DNA from: Candidatus Margulisiibacteriota bacterium
Lineage (GTDB): Bacteria; Margulisbacteria; Termititenacia; Termititenacales; Termititenacaceae
Assembly (NCBI GenBank): GCA_031267055.1
Contig: JAIRZV010000033.1
Coordinates: forward strand, 1 to 55,238
Reading direction: 5' to 3'
DNA: 55,238 nucleotides
The position numbers and the translations under genes are program-made. Shown here one piece after another: positions 39,771 to 49,357 of this stretch. The notes below the pieces were generated by a model. It made no database searches. It had not been told where the DNA came from and was given only the letters and a program-made list of their open reading frames with translations. Numbering within the stretch: the first letter of the stretch is position 1; the number at the start of each line of letters is the position of its first letter.

Positions 39771-41097
39771 ACATGGCTTCGGCAAAAGCCCCCGGGTCAA
39801 AATAATCTCCAGCGGCGATGGCCTGCGCCGCGTATTCCAGGTAGTAATTTCCTCTGGACAACGAATCAAAGTAATAGCTCACTCTGTCCTGCCTGACTTC
39901 CGTATAGGCTGGCCGGATGTTTGATTTTAAACTGTCTGCTAAAGTGCTCTGGGTGTTCAACTGCTGGAAATCAACAGGCATTAACGCCGCCGGCAGCTTG
40001 TCCGCGCAAACTACAAATGTGTTGTCTTCATAAGAATTAAAATTTGTTCTGACAATATAACTTTCTCCTTTTTTAAAAGAGCTGACTTTATTCCGCTTCA
40101 GGTCAAAATACTCCGTCCTGACCTTAAAAGACTTGTCAGCATGTTTGTCCTGTTTTTTGAGATACTGAGTGATCTCCAGTTTATAAAAAGCCGCGCTGCC
40201 GGCGTTCCCTTTGGCGGTCACTTCTGTTTCCAGGGTTTTGGCGTCGGCAAATTTGGCGATATCCAGTTCCGCTGGCTTGGCTTTGGCCTGTGCTTTTCCA
40301 GAATAAACTTCCGCGCCATCGACCGTCAAAGCGCAATTTAAGTTGCCGTTAAAATATTTCGCGCCGATATTTTGCAGTGCCATGATCACTTGAGCGTTGT
40401 CATGCGTGTTGTACCATCTGTTGTTGTGCCTTTTCTCATTGAGCACATAATTCAGCAGTGGCAAAGTATACTGTTCCATTTCCGGTAGGTCTGCGAGGAC
40501 GCGCATAGCCAGAGCCGTAAGTTTGACATTTGTGGTATGCCGCCAAAAAACAAGCCGCGTTGGTTTGAACAGCGCTCGGCCGGCTTGGTCAATATAAATA
40601 TTAGTAATGATTTCTTTTTTCAAATTCTCAAATTCTTCAAGGAAGACCTTATATTTATGCAGTAAATATAAGCGGTAGAGTTTATCCTCATTGGTCAACT
40701 GCTCGGACACTTTTCTCCGTTCAATAAAAGAAAGCATATTTTCTCCAGCCAGAGTTAATTCATAAAGTAAATAATGTCTATCCAGTTTGGCCTGATAAGC
40801 GTCTAGATCCCCTTGAGCCAACGCCTTTTTCAGAGTTTTAACAAGCTCTCGACGCATATTTTCATCTATGGCCAGGCCGAGGCTTTGGACATGATTAAGC
40901 GCGGACAAAGTATATAGGCTTAAATAATGCGAATAACTGGCGCCGCCGGGCCAGTAACCGTATAAACCATTGCTGGCTTTGTATTTATTGTTCTCCGCTA
41001 AAATCAGGCTTATATTTTTTTTGGCCTCTTTTTTTTGCGCTGGAGAAGATTCAGGCGATTTATAGGCCACGGCATTGCCGAGCAGCATACCCAGCTT

Positions 41098-41109
41098 TTG
41101 TTCCCAGCA
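41098..41109 (-). other. CxEQ thioester motif (C-W-E-Q) of the alpha-2-macroglobulin
   Basis: Plus strand TTGTTCCCAGCA is minus-strand TGC TGG GAA CAA. Confidence 0.7.
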
Positions 41110-44100
41110 GGCGTGCGGATAATAGATAAGGTAGTCCGCTGGCTCTTTCAGCAAATCGGAAAGGTCGCGGTCAAAACTGAGCTTGACCGCGCTAAGGTCT
41201 TTTAGCAAATTTTCTTCAGGTTCGGTCAGTTTGAGACTGGTCTTGCCGGAAAAATTGCCAGCCTGATCGGTTAAAATCAACTTGTTGATAGCGGTCACTT
41301 TTTTCGTTGTGTTTCTATAAACCGGCAAGGAAAATTTCACCTTGTCTTGGTTTTGCTTGGTTTGGGCGGCGACCAGCAGGTTAAGAGTTTTTGCGGTTTC
41401 TTGGTAAAACTCCGGAATTTGAATGTTGAAAACAATTTGTTTTTTATCCGCAATGGTAAAATCCTGAGTTGCTCGTCCCAGCGCCGCCGCGTCCAAATCC
41501 CATTGTGCTTCTAGAACGCCGGCTTGTTCTGCATTAGTGTTATTAAATATGACCACTCCGCTGTTGGATTTATCGGAGCTTCTAAGAAAATTCGGCAGAG
41601 CGCTTTCGATCAGCAAAGCCTGGCTGGATTTTAAGATCAATTGTCCGTGCCCAAACAAATCCGGCCCGTTGTCGGCAAAAATCAGCACTCTAAATTCACC
41701 GGCATTGTCCGGCAAATGAAAATTAAAAGAGCCGGTCTGCTCCACGGTGGATTTTAAGTAAGGCGCAAAATAAATAATGTCTTTAAATTCTTTCCGCACT
41801 TGGCCGGAATCATCCAGCAATCCGCCACCGCCGCCAGCGACCGCGCCTTTTTTACCAAAAAGCCTGCGGCCAACAATTCGATTGTAATTGGTGTAGTTCT
41901 GCACAAGCAGCGGGATCGCGGGGTTCATGGCCTCGCCGATATTTGTCCGCAAAGACGCCAGATCAAATAAGGCGTTATTGACCACCAAGGCGCAGTAATT
42001 GGTCGGCTGGCCGCTCTTGGTGTTGCTGAAACTGACCTGGACATTCACTTGGTCGCCGGGAGAATATTCTTGTTTTTCCGCTTGAACCCGCACCTTGATA
42101 TCCCGTTCTTTTTTGCGGACCTTGATTTGCTGATAGCCTATTTTAAATGATGGTTTGCCCAAATCGATTTGCTGCCGGCCGTATTTGTCCACCTGCACCG
42201 GCTGGCCTTTTCGGCCCTGCACTAAACAAACCGAAATATAACAATTCGGATAATATTCCTCTTTAATTTTTAAATCCAGGACCGGGGCATTATTGTTGAT
42301 TTCAATCAGCTTGTATTCTTTGATGGAATTAGTTTCGATAGTGACTAGACCGGCTGCCGTGCTGTAAGGGGATTTTACTAATATTTTTAGATCATCGCCA
42401 GCCTCATAAGTTTTTTTGTCCGTGAGAATATCGATACGGTCATGGTTATAACGTCCCCAATTATAATTGCCGCTGTTAACATAAAAGTCCAGTTTAGTTG
42501 TGGTGATGCGCCCGCTGCTATCCGTGCCTTTAGCAAGAATATAATAATGCCCGGCTCTGGCAAAAGATTTTTTAAGGGTCACGGAATTTAATTTGGTGGT
42601 GGTTATAACGCCTTCTGCTACTTTTTCTGGCTTGATGTTATTGAGATACTCAAAAGCATTGCCCACGCCTTTTTCTCTGACTGTGTAAATTTTATCCATA
42701 AAAATAGTGTATTCGATTTGTGCGGACACTAATTTATCGTCATTGCTCAAAGTGATGAAATCAAATTCCGCGCTTTCATTGATCTTACTGCTAAAGCCTT
42801 TTTGTTTAATGCCGATCTTGAACTCAGCCGGATAAACCAAGTAGTTAAGATATTGCGAAACTTTTTCGTTTAAACCTTTAGGGTCTTGCAACGTAAACTC
42901 CATAGTCAGAGTGATAGGATGCTTTAGCTGTTGATTGAGAATATTCTGCCGCCAGACAGTCTGGCCTGCAGGGCCGCTGTTCAGCTCTTTTTTCAGGGAA
43001 ATCGAATTGAAATAGTCGGGCTGATAAAATGTGTAATTATTATAGGGACTGTCCCAGTCCCTGTAGTAATAACTGCCGTTGTGATACTTATAGACTGATT
43101 GAATGGGAGCGTCTTTAATTGGCTGACCGGAATAATAATCGGCGGAAATAGCTATTGTTTCGACCGCGCCGGGGTAAGTGAAACCACGCTCCGGCTTGAC
43201 TCTAAATTTAGTCCGCGGAGCGCGGTAATCCGCCACCAAAAAACTGCTGACTCTAAAAAAATAATGGTCTTTTGTTCTTATCCCAATAGTGTATTCCCCC
43301 AGCTTGCAATCATTTTTCAGCCGCAAGCTGTCGACGGCGCTGGAATCAGTTTGCAGACCGAGCTCTTTTTTATAAACAAGGTCCCATTGCGGATCTCTGA
43401 TCTCAACCGTCACATTGGCTTTGCTGTAAGCCAGATCATTTTCATTGTATTCACGGACATAGAGCTTGTAATTAATCTCCGCGCCGGGTTTGTAGATCGG
43501 GCTGTCGGAAACGACAAAATAGCGTTTGTTGTTTCCCCGCTCTAAAAAACTATCGAAGTCAGTCTGCTGAATTCCAAACTCCCAGGCCTTGAGATTAGAG
43601 TCAAAATTATCAGCGGTTGTAGAAAGTATCGCGGTGTCTTCGCCTTTGCTGGCCACAATATAAATGTCCGCTTTTAGTTTTTCTAGTCCTAGAGGAATAA
43701 CGCAATAACCGTCCTGATTGGTTTGGGCTGAAGTTATTTTTTTGCCTTTGCCATCGTAAAGACTTACCGTAACGCCTTCCGCCGTCTTGCCGTTACTTAA
43801 ATTTGTGGTCCAGATCGCTATATCTTTCAGGGACTTTTTGACAATCAAACCCAGATCGGTCACGTTGACGATTGCGTTTTGAGCGTGCTGAGATGCTCCC
43901 AGCCGCGCGGCGTCCTCTGGGGACGGAGCGATGGACACAAAATATATCCCCGGGTGCTGCAAATCTATTTTTTGATACCAGACATAATTGTCCAGATTGC
44001 TGGTCACGCTGTGGCTGGCCGCTAATTTGCCAAATCTAGACAGTTTGGCCTTAACGTTAATTTCCTGGCTGTCATTGTCGAACAAATCGCTCCGCATTGC

Positions 44101-45710
44101 CGCGACAATTTTATTTTTATCGGCCTTATACACAGACGCAATTGTGTTGCGGATATTTTGGGATTTAAAAGAATAATAAGGATAATTTATCTCGACCACA
44201 TTAATGCCTGTCTCTAACTCCAGCAATGGCATGGCTTCCGCTAAAACAAGATCGAACTCGATTTCTGCATTTAACTTTTCCGCGTCGGTGTTTTCTAAGT
44301 TGGCGGAAATTACAAAATTATAAGTTATTCCGTGCTGAAACAAATCAGTGGACAGCTCCATGTTTGTAGAACCGTAGCTTGAATAATAGTAATCGTCGAG
44401 ATATAGCTTTTCCAGATCCAGACCCTCCGGCCAAGGAGTGATTTTAAGATGCTTAAAAAATTCTTGCGGAGAGACTCTTTTGGAAAAAACAAAATCAATG
44501 TAAGACAAAATTCTATTCGCGGAAGATACGCTTTCCAGCGTAAAATCTTTCTCGATATAGTCATTGCCGGTTTCAATGGAGACTCCGCTGGCGCTTTTCA
44601 CAAAGCCGTTTTGGAAAGATCTTAAAGTCAAAGAGGCGTTTTTCGGCAGATTTAAACTGGGCTTAATTAAATATCTGCTGGCATTATGTTTTGTGGCGAT
44701 AACGCTCGACCGCACTGTTTTATTGCCTTTTTTCGCTTCAATATAAAGCTGCTCTTCCAATATTTTTTTTATATTATCGCCAAACAAAGGAATCGCAGAA
44801 TATTCATTTTTTGTTTTGTCTTCCTGCAGAGGATTAACTATAAAGCAGGGTTTATTCTCGATAGTTTGATAATAAGCATCGATCACCAGGGGTTTAATAA
44901 AAGAAAAATCCAGACTTTTGCCGTTGTAAACAAGCTGGCCTGGATAAAGCTTGCCGTATTTTAGGTCTGATTCTATAAAATATTTTACGGTATTGGCGTT
45001 CAGCCTGCGTTCCGCGCCGTCCAGTTCGGGGATGAAAATCAGCTTTTCCGCGGCTATTTCTTCTCCGACGGCAAAAATGTCTTTGTTAAAAACAAAAGCC
45101 AGCGTGTCGTCATATAAAAAACCATTCGGATGCATCGCGGTGATCTTTACGCTGCCCAAGCTATAAGGAGTTTTTACTGGTTTGCTCTCAACTGCCGCCG
45201 GCTCCTTGTAATTTGAGGCCAGATTTTTTAGATCAGCGTCAGCTGCCGTCAAAACTTTAACTGTTCTTTTAATGAGGACTTTGGTCGACGCTGCTTGGCT
45301 TGCCGTTATTTTGAAGTTAAACAGTTTTTGCAGATCATCTTTAAAATAATAAGAAACGCCGAGTGTTGATAATATTAGCGTGCTTAATAGAACAGACGTC
45401 CAGATTTTCTTATGGCTTCTGGCAGGCTTCTTTGCTTCTGGAGATTTTTCTTGCCGCGGCATAATAGCGTCTCTTTTACTTAAATTTTTTGCTTTATTGT
45501 ACCTGATTATACCTAAAAATCCAGCAAAAATGTGTTTGCCAATAAATGTAATTCACATCACGGCCGCGCCGCTTGTTACTAAAACTTGTCTTTGTGCCTG
45601 CTCCGCTGGCTTGTGAAGCTCGAGTAGAGGGGTAAAGAATTCAGTTGTTCGGAAATCCCGAATAACTAAAAAGTAATTTGCAAAATATGACAAATACGCT
45701 TTTATTGCCG

Positions 45711-45719
45711 TGTTATAAT
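45711..45719 (+). promoter_or_regulatory. extended -10 box TGTTATAAT, 10 nt upstream of the DUF3800 ATG
   Basis: Read directly. No Shine-Dalgarno before the ATG at 45730. Confidence 0.4.
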
Positions 45720-45729
45720 TTATATCCTT

Positions 45730-46491
45730 ATGGAAAAATATTATTTTGTTGATGAGTCCGGCGACCCAACATTCTTTAATAAATATGGGGAGTGTTTATT
45801 AGGTAAAGATGGTTGTTCGCCATTATTAATATTAGGATTTATTCACACGGATAATCCGCAAAAAATACGCGAAACAATTAATTCTTTGCATAAAGAAATT
45901 GACGCGAATGAATATCTTAAAGACATTCCCTCTATTACTAAGACCAAACTTAATTTTCACGCCAAAGATGATGTGCCGGAAGTACGCGAAAAAGTATTTA
46001 CAGTTATTAAATCTTTAGACTTTAAAGCAGAATTTATTGTTGCCCGCAAACGTGTGGATATATTTACTAAACGGCATAAAAGAAATGAGAATGTTTTTTA
46101 TAATGAAATTGTTAGCCGGTTGTTTGAGAATAAATTGCATACGCAAGATAATATTATCTGTTTTTCCAAAAGAGGGAATAAACTTAAACAAGAACATATG
46201 CAAAGCGCAATTCAGTCAGCTATTCTTAATTTTGAGAAAAAGACAAATAAGAAAATAGAAACTGCGACAAGAATTATTATTCAAACCCCGACAAAAGAGC
46301 CTTGCTTACAGGTAATTGATTATATGAACTGGGCAGTACAAAGAGCTTTTATTAAAAAAGAAATGCGATATTTTAATTTTATAAAAGAGAAAATTGGTTT
46401 TATTTGTGATATTTATGATTTTGAGAAATATCCTGATAATTTTTACAGTAAAAAGAATGAATTTAGCCTAGAAAAAATAAGTCCTCTATAG
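45730..46491 (+). CDS. DUF3800-domain protein
   Basis: N-terminal YYFVDESGDP and C-terminal CLQVIDYMNWAVQRAF are the two signature blocks of DUF3800. The gene is AT-rich. Confidence 0.7.
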   Translation: MEKYYFVDESGDPTFFNKYGECLLGKDGCSPLLILGFIHTDNPQKIRETINSLHKEIDANEYLKDIPSITKTKLNFHAKDDVPEVREKVFTVIKSLDFKAEFIVARKRVDIFTKRHKRNENVFYNEIVSRLFENKLHTQDNIICFSKRGNKLKQEHMQSAIQSAILNFEKKTNKKIETATRIIIQTPTKEPCLQVIDYMNWAVQRAFIKKEMRYFNFIKEKIGFICDIYDFEKYPDNFYSKKNEFSLEKISPL

Positions 46492-46698
46492 CTAGTGCCT
46501 CTTACGGCAGCACGGCATGGAGCCGACTTTCACTATAGAGGAGTTGTTAATAGTATACCCTCTTTTTAGAAAAAAACAAGGAAATGTATGAGTTCTTCTG
46601 ATGCTATGGCTAAATGTTCTTGTTGAAACCTCTTAAATTGACTTAATTAAACAATACCCCATTAACCCTTACATTTTGTAACGTGCAATTACTAAAAT

Positions 46699-47082
46699 TT
46701 ATACTACCGGTTGCGCTGGTAATAGTAAGATCTTTTTAACTGTCGAATTTGTTATGCGTACGCCGCCGGTAAGAGCAGCGATAGTAACATTTTCTATTGT
46801 TGAATTAGTAGCGTGTAACCCTGCGGATACACGGGCAATTGTTACATTTTTTAGTGTAGCTCCATTAGTTAGATGTATGCCGCCGGATACACGGCTTATG
46901 GTTTGGTCTTGATAAGTTGTGCCCTTTAAATGTAGTCCGCCAGTAATTGGTGTAGTAATATTATCGGGTACTTCTGTTGTTGTATTTGAACTACTACCAT
47001 TGCTTTCACTAATAGTTTTTCCACAACCGGTTAATACAAAAATTATTAACCCCAAAATTATCCCTAATATAATTTTTCGCAT
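46699..47082 (-). CDS. small lipoprotein with ~19-aa beta-helix-like repeats (paralogous to the C-terminus of the upstream gene)
   Basis: Lipobox VLTGC after MRKIILGIILGLIIF. S/N/T-rich linker. Repeats RVSGGIHLTNGATLKNVTIA / RVSAGLHATNSTIENVTIA / ALTGGVRITNSTVKK. AAGGAA RBS. Confidence 0.75.
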   Translation of the reverse strand: MRKIILGIILGLIIFVLTGCGKTISESNGSSSNTTTEVPDNITTPITGGLHLKGTTYQDQTISRVSGGIHLTNGATLKNVTIARVSAGLHATNSTIENVTIAALTGGVRITNSTVKKILLLPAQPVV

Positions 47083-47109
47083 ATTATAATTCCTTACTTT
47101 AGAGCTCGG

Positions 47110-48060
47110 TTAATTAGCGTATGTCGTTCCTCTAATTTTAACGTTTGAATAAGTACAGTTAGTTAAAGTCAGCGTTCCGGTTAATGCAGTAATAGTAACA
47201 TCGGTTAATGTGGAGTCCCTGATTGTTAGGTTCCCGAGCATGTTGTTGATTTTAATACTTTCTAATGTAGAGTTGCTGGCTGTAATATTGCCATACATAT
47301 TACCGATTTTAACGTTTTGTAATTTGGCATTATTTATTAGGTCAATATTTCCAAACATCCTGGAATAATCTAAATCTTTTAATATTACTCCGTTTGCATC
47401 TAGATTGTCTAAATAACTTGAGTTGGTTGACGAAGCATCATCATCTTCTTTATCACTGGGATATGGAGTAACATTAACTGTACCAAAACCAACTTTCATA
47501 GCAATAGTGTAATTTTTATTCATTATCAATGGACTACCCGTTCCTATTGTATATTTTCCACTATTGGAATTCCGCCAAGGATTTGTGTTTTGATAAGGAA
47601 AAATCTCACTGGAAAATGAACATGCTCCTGTTGCTGTTTGATAACCAAGCTCAATACGGCGATTTCTAGGGATAGTGTAGGTATAAGTTTTTACATTGTT
47701 AGTAAAACTTCCTGACCCAGTATTATCTGTGCCATTTGCCCCTTGGGTGCCGATATATAGTGTGCCGTCATCAACGTCACCGACATAAATTGTGCCGGAT
47801 TTTGCATTAGCGTGATCCATGGTGTCATCAAATAGGATTTCTTGAAAAGTAAACGTATAAGTAGTTGGTGGGGGATTAATTATTGTTGTTGTGTTTGAAC
47901 TATTACTACTATCATTAGTAGTTTTTCCGCAACCCGCAATAAACAGCGCCAGCAGAATTATTATTGAAATCCACTCGCAATAATATACTATATTTTTAGC
48001 ATACTTACGCGGAAAATCTGGGGGGGGGGGGGGTATAGTTACAATATTATCTTTTGACAT
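47110..48060 (-). CDS. lipoprotein (316 aa) with C-terminal ~19-aa repeats and a 5' homopolymeric C14 tract
   Basis: MSKDNIVTI-PPPPP-DFPRKYAKNIVYYCEW-ISIIILLALFIAGC (lipobox IAGC). Repeats MYGNITASNSTLESIKINN / MLGNLTIRDSTLTDVTITA / LTGTLTLTNCTYSNVKIRG. ATG 48060 is preferred because a TTGACA-N16-TATATT promoter lies directly upstream, inside the longer ORF-track extension. Confidence 0.7.
   Translation of the reverse strand: MSKDNIVTIPPPPPDFPRKYAKNIVYYCEWISIIILLALFIAGCGKTTNDSSNSSNTTTIINPPPTTYTFTFQEILFDDTMDHANAKSGTIYVGDVDDGTLYIGTQGANGTDNTGSGSFTNNVKTYTYTIPRNRRIELGYQTATGACSFSSEIFPYQNTNPWRNSNSGKYTIGTGSPLIMNKNYTIAMKVGFGTVNVTPYPSDKEDDDASSTNSSYLDNLDANGVILKDLDYSRMFGNIDLINNAKLQNVKIGNMYGNITASNSTLESIKINNMLGNLTIRDSTLTDVTITALTGTLTLTNCTYSNVKIRGTTYAN
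48020..48033. repeat. homopolymeric tract G14 (C14 on the coding strand) inside the lipoprotein 5' coding region
   Basis: Counted directly: g at 48020, ten g at 48021-48030, three g at 48031-48033. Confidence 0.95.
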
Positions 48061-48070
48061 AAGCAATATA

Positions 48071-48098
48071 AATATACAACGTTTTTTGTTTTTGTCAA
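48071..48098 (-). promoter_or_regulatory. sigma-70-like promoter of the lipoprotein operon (TTGACA-N16-TATATT)
   Basis: Minus strand: TTGACA at 48098-48093 and TATATT at 48076-48071. The ATG at 48060 leaves only about a 4-nt leader. Confidence 0.5.
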
Positions 48099-48105
48099 GT
48101 TTACC

Positions 48106-48146
48106 AAACTTGTCACTTCGGCCACTTCGTGGCTGGCTCTCTTGCA
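48106..48146. repeat. hairpin-containing repeat, copy 1 (AAACTTGTCACTTCGGCCACTTCGTGGCT...)
   Basis: Shares AAACTTGTC-C-TCGGC--CTTCG--GC with 48172-48204. Stem GGCCAC/GTGGCT. Confidence 0.55.
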
Positions 48147-48171
48147 TAACGCAAATTGATTTTGTGTTATG

Positions 48172-48204
48172 AAACTTGTCTCTCGGCTGCTTCGCAGCCT
48201 CGAG
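48172..48204. repeat. hairpin-containing repeat, copy 2 (AAACTTGTCTCTCGGCTGCTTCGCAGCCTCGAG)
   Basis: Stem GGCTGC/GCAGCC. The CA->TG change in the 5' arm is matched by TG->CA in the 3' arm relative to copy 1. Confidence 0.55.
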
Positions 48205-48205
48205 G

Positions 48206-48234
48206 CCAAAATTTTCGCTGTGCGAAAATTTTGG
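48206..48234 (-). terminator. 13-bp A/T-tract hairpin immediately 3' of tRNA-CAU (terminator-like; includes the CCA end)
   Basis: CCAAAATTTTCGC-tgt-GCGAAAATTTTGG is a perfect inverted repeat. Confidence 0.5.
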
Positions 48235-48308
48235 TAGCGGGGGGCAGAATCGAACCGCCGACCTATGGGTTATGAATCCATCGCTCTCACCAGCTGAGCT
48301 ACCCCGCC
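48232..48308 (-). tRNA. tRNA with CAU anticodon (elongator Met or lysidine-modified Ile2; not initiator-like), encoded CCA
   Basis: Reverse complement GGCGGGGTAGCTCAGCTGGTGAGAGCGATGGATTCATAACCCATAGGTCGGCGGTTCGATTCTGCCCCCCGCTACCA folds as a cloverleaf. G1-U72 pair. Only two G-C pairs at the base of the anticodon stem. Confidence 0.85.
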
Positions 48309-48338
48309 AAATGTCGGAAAATTATAACATACCCGCCG

Positions 48339-49319
48339 TTAGATAAAACCAAAAAACGAACTTCTATTTGTTGTCGCTGGCGCAGCTGGCGCTGGCGGTA
48401 CCGCCTCCGGAGTTTGCACGGGCGTATTGACCACCGGCCTGGGCGCGGGCGGCGGAGTGTCCGCTGCTTTTTCCTGACTGCTCGGCGTGAAAAAAGTTTT
48501 TTCCTGCATCGTGGCTTGTTCGTCAAGCACGCCGTAATCTTTGCCGTTGACATACAGGCGCAGATTACGCGGAATCGTGGCGCGGATCTTGATGTACTGA
48601 TCGCCTTCCCAAGTCTTGCTGTCGCCGCGCTCTAAATTGCCCTGAAAAATCGTACGGCCGTCAATGATCACCGAAATATAAGTCCTGTTCAGCGCGGTGG
48701 CGTCAATGTAAACCTTGTTCGGATTGTAGTTTTGCTGTTTGGATTCCGGCGTGTCTTTGGAATTCAGCCGCTGAAGATCATTTTGCTGGCGCAGATTGCT
48801 ATTGGTGATGCTGCCCAGCGAAGAATTAATGCTGTAAATAAAAATGCCGAGCGCGCCGGCGATCAGTACCACGCCTAAGATCAGCCGCCAAAGCCACTTG
48901 TTGTTTTTCTTATTGCGCGTGGAGTGAAAATTATTAAACCCCGGCGCGTTCATTTGTTTCATGCCGTTGGGAAAAAACGTGCGCTTGTCGACGGCTAGGC
49001 CGACTTTTACTTCCGCAGAGGCGCGTTTGTGGCCGGTCTCGCCGGGAAAAAGCGCGTTAAATTCCGCGATGATTTCCTCGCTAGGCAGACCTAAAAAAGC
49101 GGCGTACACTTTGGCAAAACCTTTGGCCGTGATCAGATTGGGCAGTTTTTTGAATTCGTCCTGCTCCAGATGCTCCAAAAAAGTTTTTTTGATCTTGATG
49201 TGGCTGGCGGCGTCGGCTAGGTCCAGCTGCTTGGCCTCGCGCGCTCGTTTCAAGCGCTGGCCGAGAGTCAATTTTTCCGGCGCGGGATTGTCTGTTGATT
49301 CAAAAATATTGTCTGTCAT
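48339..49319 (-). CDS. rodZ: RodZ-like cytoskeleton protein (HTH + TM + C-terminal DUF4115-like domain)
   Basis: LGQRLKRAREAKQLDLADAASHIKIKKTFLEHLEQDEF HTH, TM helix WLWRLILGVVLIAGALGIFIY, and C-terminal YISVIIDGRTIFQGNLERGDSKTWEG. Confidence 0.8.
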   Translation of the reverse strand: MTDNIFESTDNPAPEKLTLGQRLKRAREAKQLDLADAASHIKIKKTFLEHLEQDEFKKLPNLITAKGFAKVYAAFLGLPSEEIIAEFNALFPGETGHKRASAEVKVGLAVDKRTFFPNGMKQMNAPGFNNFHSTRNKKNNKWLWRLILGVVLIAGALGIFIYSINSSLGSITNSNLRQQNDLQRLNSKDTPESKQQNYNPNKVYIDATALNRTYISVIIDGRTIFQGNLERGDSKTWEGDQYIKIRATIPRNLRLYVNGKDYGVLDEQATMQEKTFFTPSSQEKAADTPPPAPRPVVNTPVQTPEAVPPAPAAPATTNRSSFFGFI

Positions 49320-49357
49320 AGAATGTAATTCTACACTATTTTAACAAATATTCAATT

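Noticed and set aside
45582-45624. AAACTTGTCT...CTCGAG segment resembling the hairpin repeats at 48106/48172. Considered as a left-border direct repeat of the AT-rich islet.
   Set aside because: Similarity is limited to a 10-mer plus a hexamer, the lengths differ (43 versus 33 nt), and it has no hairpin. This could be chance. No tRNA-derived att-like duplication was found.
46588-46626. Mini-ORF MSSSDAMAKCSC (12 aa) with AAGGAA 5 nt upstream, in the DUF3800-lipoprotein spacer. Considered as a RiPP precursor or leader peptide.
   Set aside because: It is too short to evaluate. No modifying enzyme or transporter genes are nearby, and an ORF of this size is expected by chance in AT-rich spacer.
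48020-48033. The poly-G run as a sequencing artefact, such as two-colour-chemistry poly-G.
   Set aside because: Not fully excluded. However, it is internal to the contig, flanked by unique sequence, keeps the reading frame open and encodes a plausible PPPPP segment. It is kept as a finding with read-level verification requested.
48061-48147. N-terminal extension of the lipoprotein ORF (MQESQPRSGRSDKFGKLDKNKKRCIFILL).
   Set aside because: The extension covers a TTGACA-N16-TATATT promoter and one copy of the hairpin repeat. The ATG at 48060 follows that promoter.
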